64,000 nucleotides of DNA, taken from the NCBI RefSeq assembly GCF_023055435.1, contig NW_025963913.1, forward strand, positions 1,426,001 through 1,490,000, given 5' to 3'. The first letter of the stretch is position 1. The number at the start of each line of letters is the position of its first letter. Shown here in pieces: positions 62,960 through 64,000 of this stretch. The DNA comes from Haliotis rufescens (Eukaryota). The translations under genes and the position numbers were made by a program. The notes under the pieces were generated by a model that made no database searches, was not told where the DNA came from, and saw nothing but the letters and a program-made list of their open reading frames with translations.

Positions 62960-64000
62960 GTGAATATGTCTTTGGCTTACCTGCCATTTCAAGCACGTTT
63001 CCACTGCCACATGAAGAGGTAAACACAAATACAAACATAATTGTGAAGAACACTGAAGGGTCCTGAATACTCTTAAATAGACCCGCCCCCTGAAGATCCA
63101 GGTCAGAATAGGTCTTCAGCAAGTCATGCTTGCCGTAACACTAACAGGCGACTATGCTTGTCGTAAGAGGCAACTAACGGGATCGGGTGATCAGGCTCCT
63201 GACTTGGTTGATGTATGTCATCGTATTCCAATTGAGAAGATTGAAGCTCATGATGTCAATCACTGGCTTGTCTGGTCCAGACTCGATTATTTACAGACTG
63301 CAGTTATACAGCTGGAATATTGCTGAGGGCGGCGTTAAACAACAAACAAACGACTCTTGAGTGTTAGACGCACATAACACAAAACGTCTCTCCTTTTCAT
63401 TTCATTGCATATATATCTAATGTGTTTCTTTAACTAGGCTGAATGTGGACCCATAGGAATCCTGAAAATTTATATTTTCTTTCATTGCAAATTCGAATTT
63501 TGCCTTGCAATTCAAAATCTTTTGGGTAAATAAAAGATCTTGTTTCGAAAACTAAATATATATAGTTGAAGATGCTTGTTACATGTACGTTGATAATGGT
63601 TTCATGTATATGTTTGTTTGTTTGGATATTTATTGTTTAACGCCGCACTCAGCAATATTTCAGCTATATGACGGCGGTCTGTAAATAATCGAGTCTGGAC
63701 CAGACAATGCAGTGATCGAAATCGATCCACGCAATTGGGACACGATAACATGCATGACCCCAAGTCAGCGAGCCTGACCACCAGATCCCGTTAGTCGTCT
63801 CTTACGTCAAGCATAGTCACCTTTTTACGGCAAGCGGCATATAAACAAGTTTGCATTGGGCAGGTATATATTGACATAGTGGTGGTGGCTGTTGTGTTGG
63901 AGTCTCGGAGCATCCAGCCGAACCCTTGCTAGGCCAAGGGTGAGCTCTCCTGCCTTTATCGGCAGGTATATTGTAGCATATATAGCTAATTTCGGGTGGT

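Overview
AT-rich, intron-containing eukaryotic DNA, most likely a mollusc; an abalone-like gastropod is inferred from the SINE types. Most ORF-track entries are spurious. The window is an innate-immune-type receptor cluster embedded in transposable elements. (1) A segmental duplication (~1-18.5 kb vs ~41.1-55.7 kb) carries two paralogues of a multi-exon type I membrane receptor: signal peptide, Cys-rich module, F-type (fucose) lectin domain, MEGF10/SREC-type EGF repeats, TM helix, and a tail with three YxxL/I/V motifs. Copy A is intact (447 aa by my exon assembly); copy B has two in-frame stops. (2) Each copy is preceded by tandemly repeated putative promoter plus non-coding first-exon cassettes (E-box, Inr/ETS, GTGAGT donor), four in front of copy B and at least two in front of copy A. 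(3) A third, damaged EGF-repeat receptor has a 1.08-kb EGF exon and a Tyr-motif tail. (4) Part of a PAN/apple plus C-type lectin gene lies at the right end. Mobile elements: a non-autonomous Ngaro-type split-direct-repeat element encoding only Gag and an SGNH hydrolase (empty site visible in the paralogue), a Tc1 DD34E transposon, a young I-clade LINE (RT-RNase H), R4/Dong-like, RTEX-like and CR1-like fragments, several SINE families, long-hairpin elements and a 37-bp minisatellite. There are two assembly gaps.
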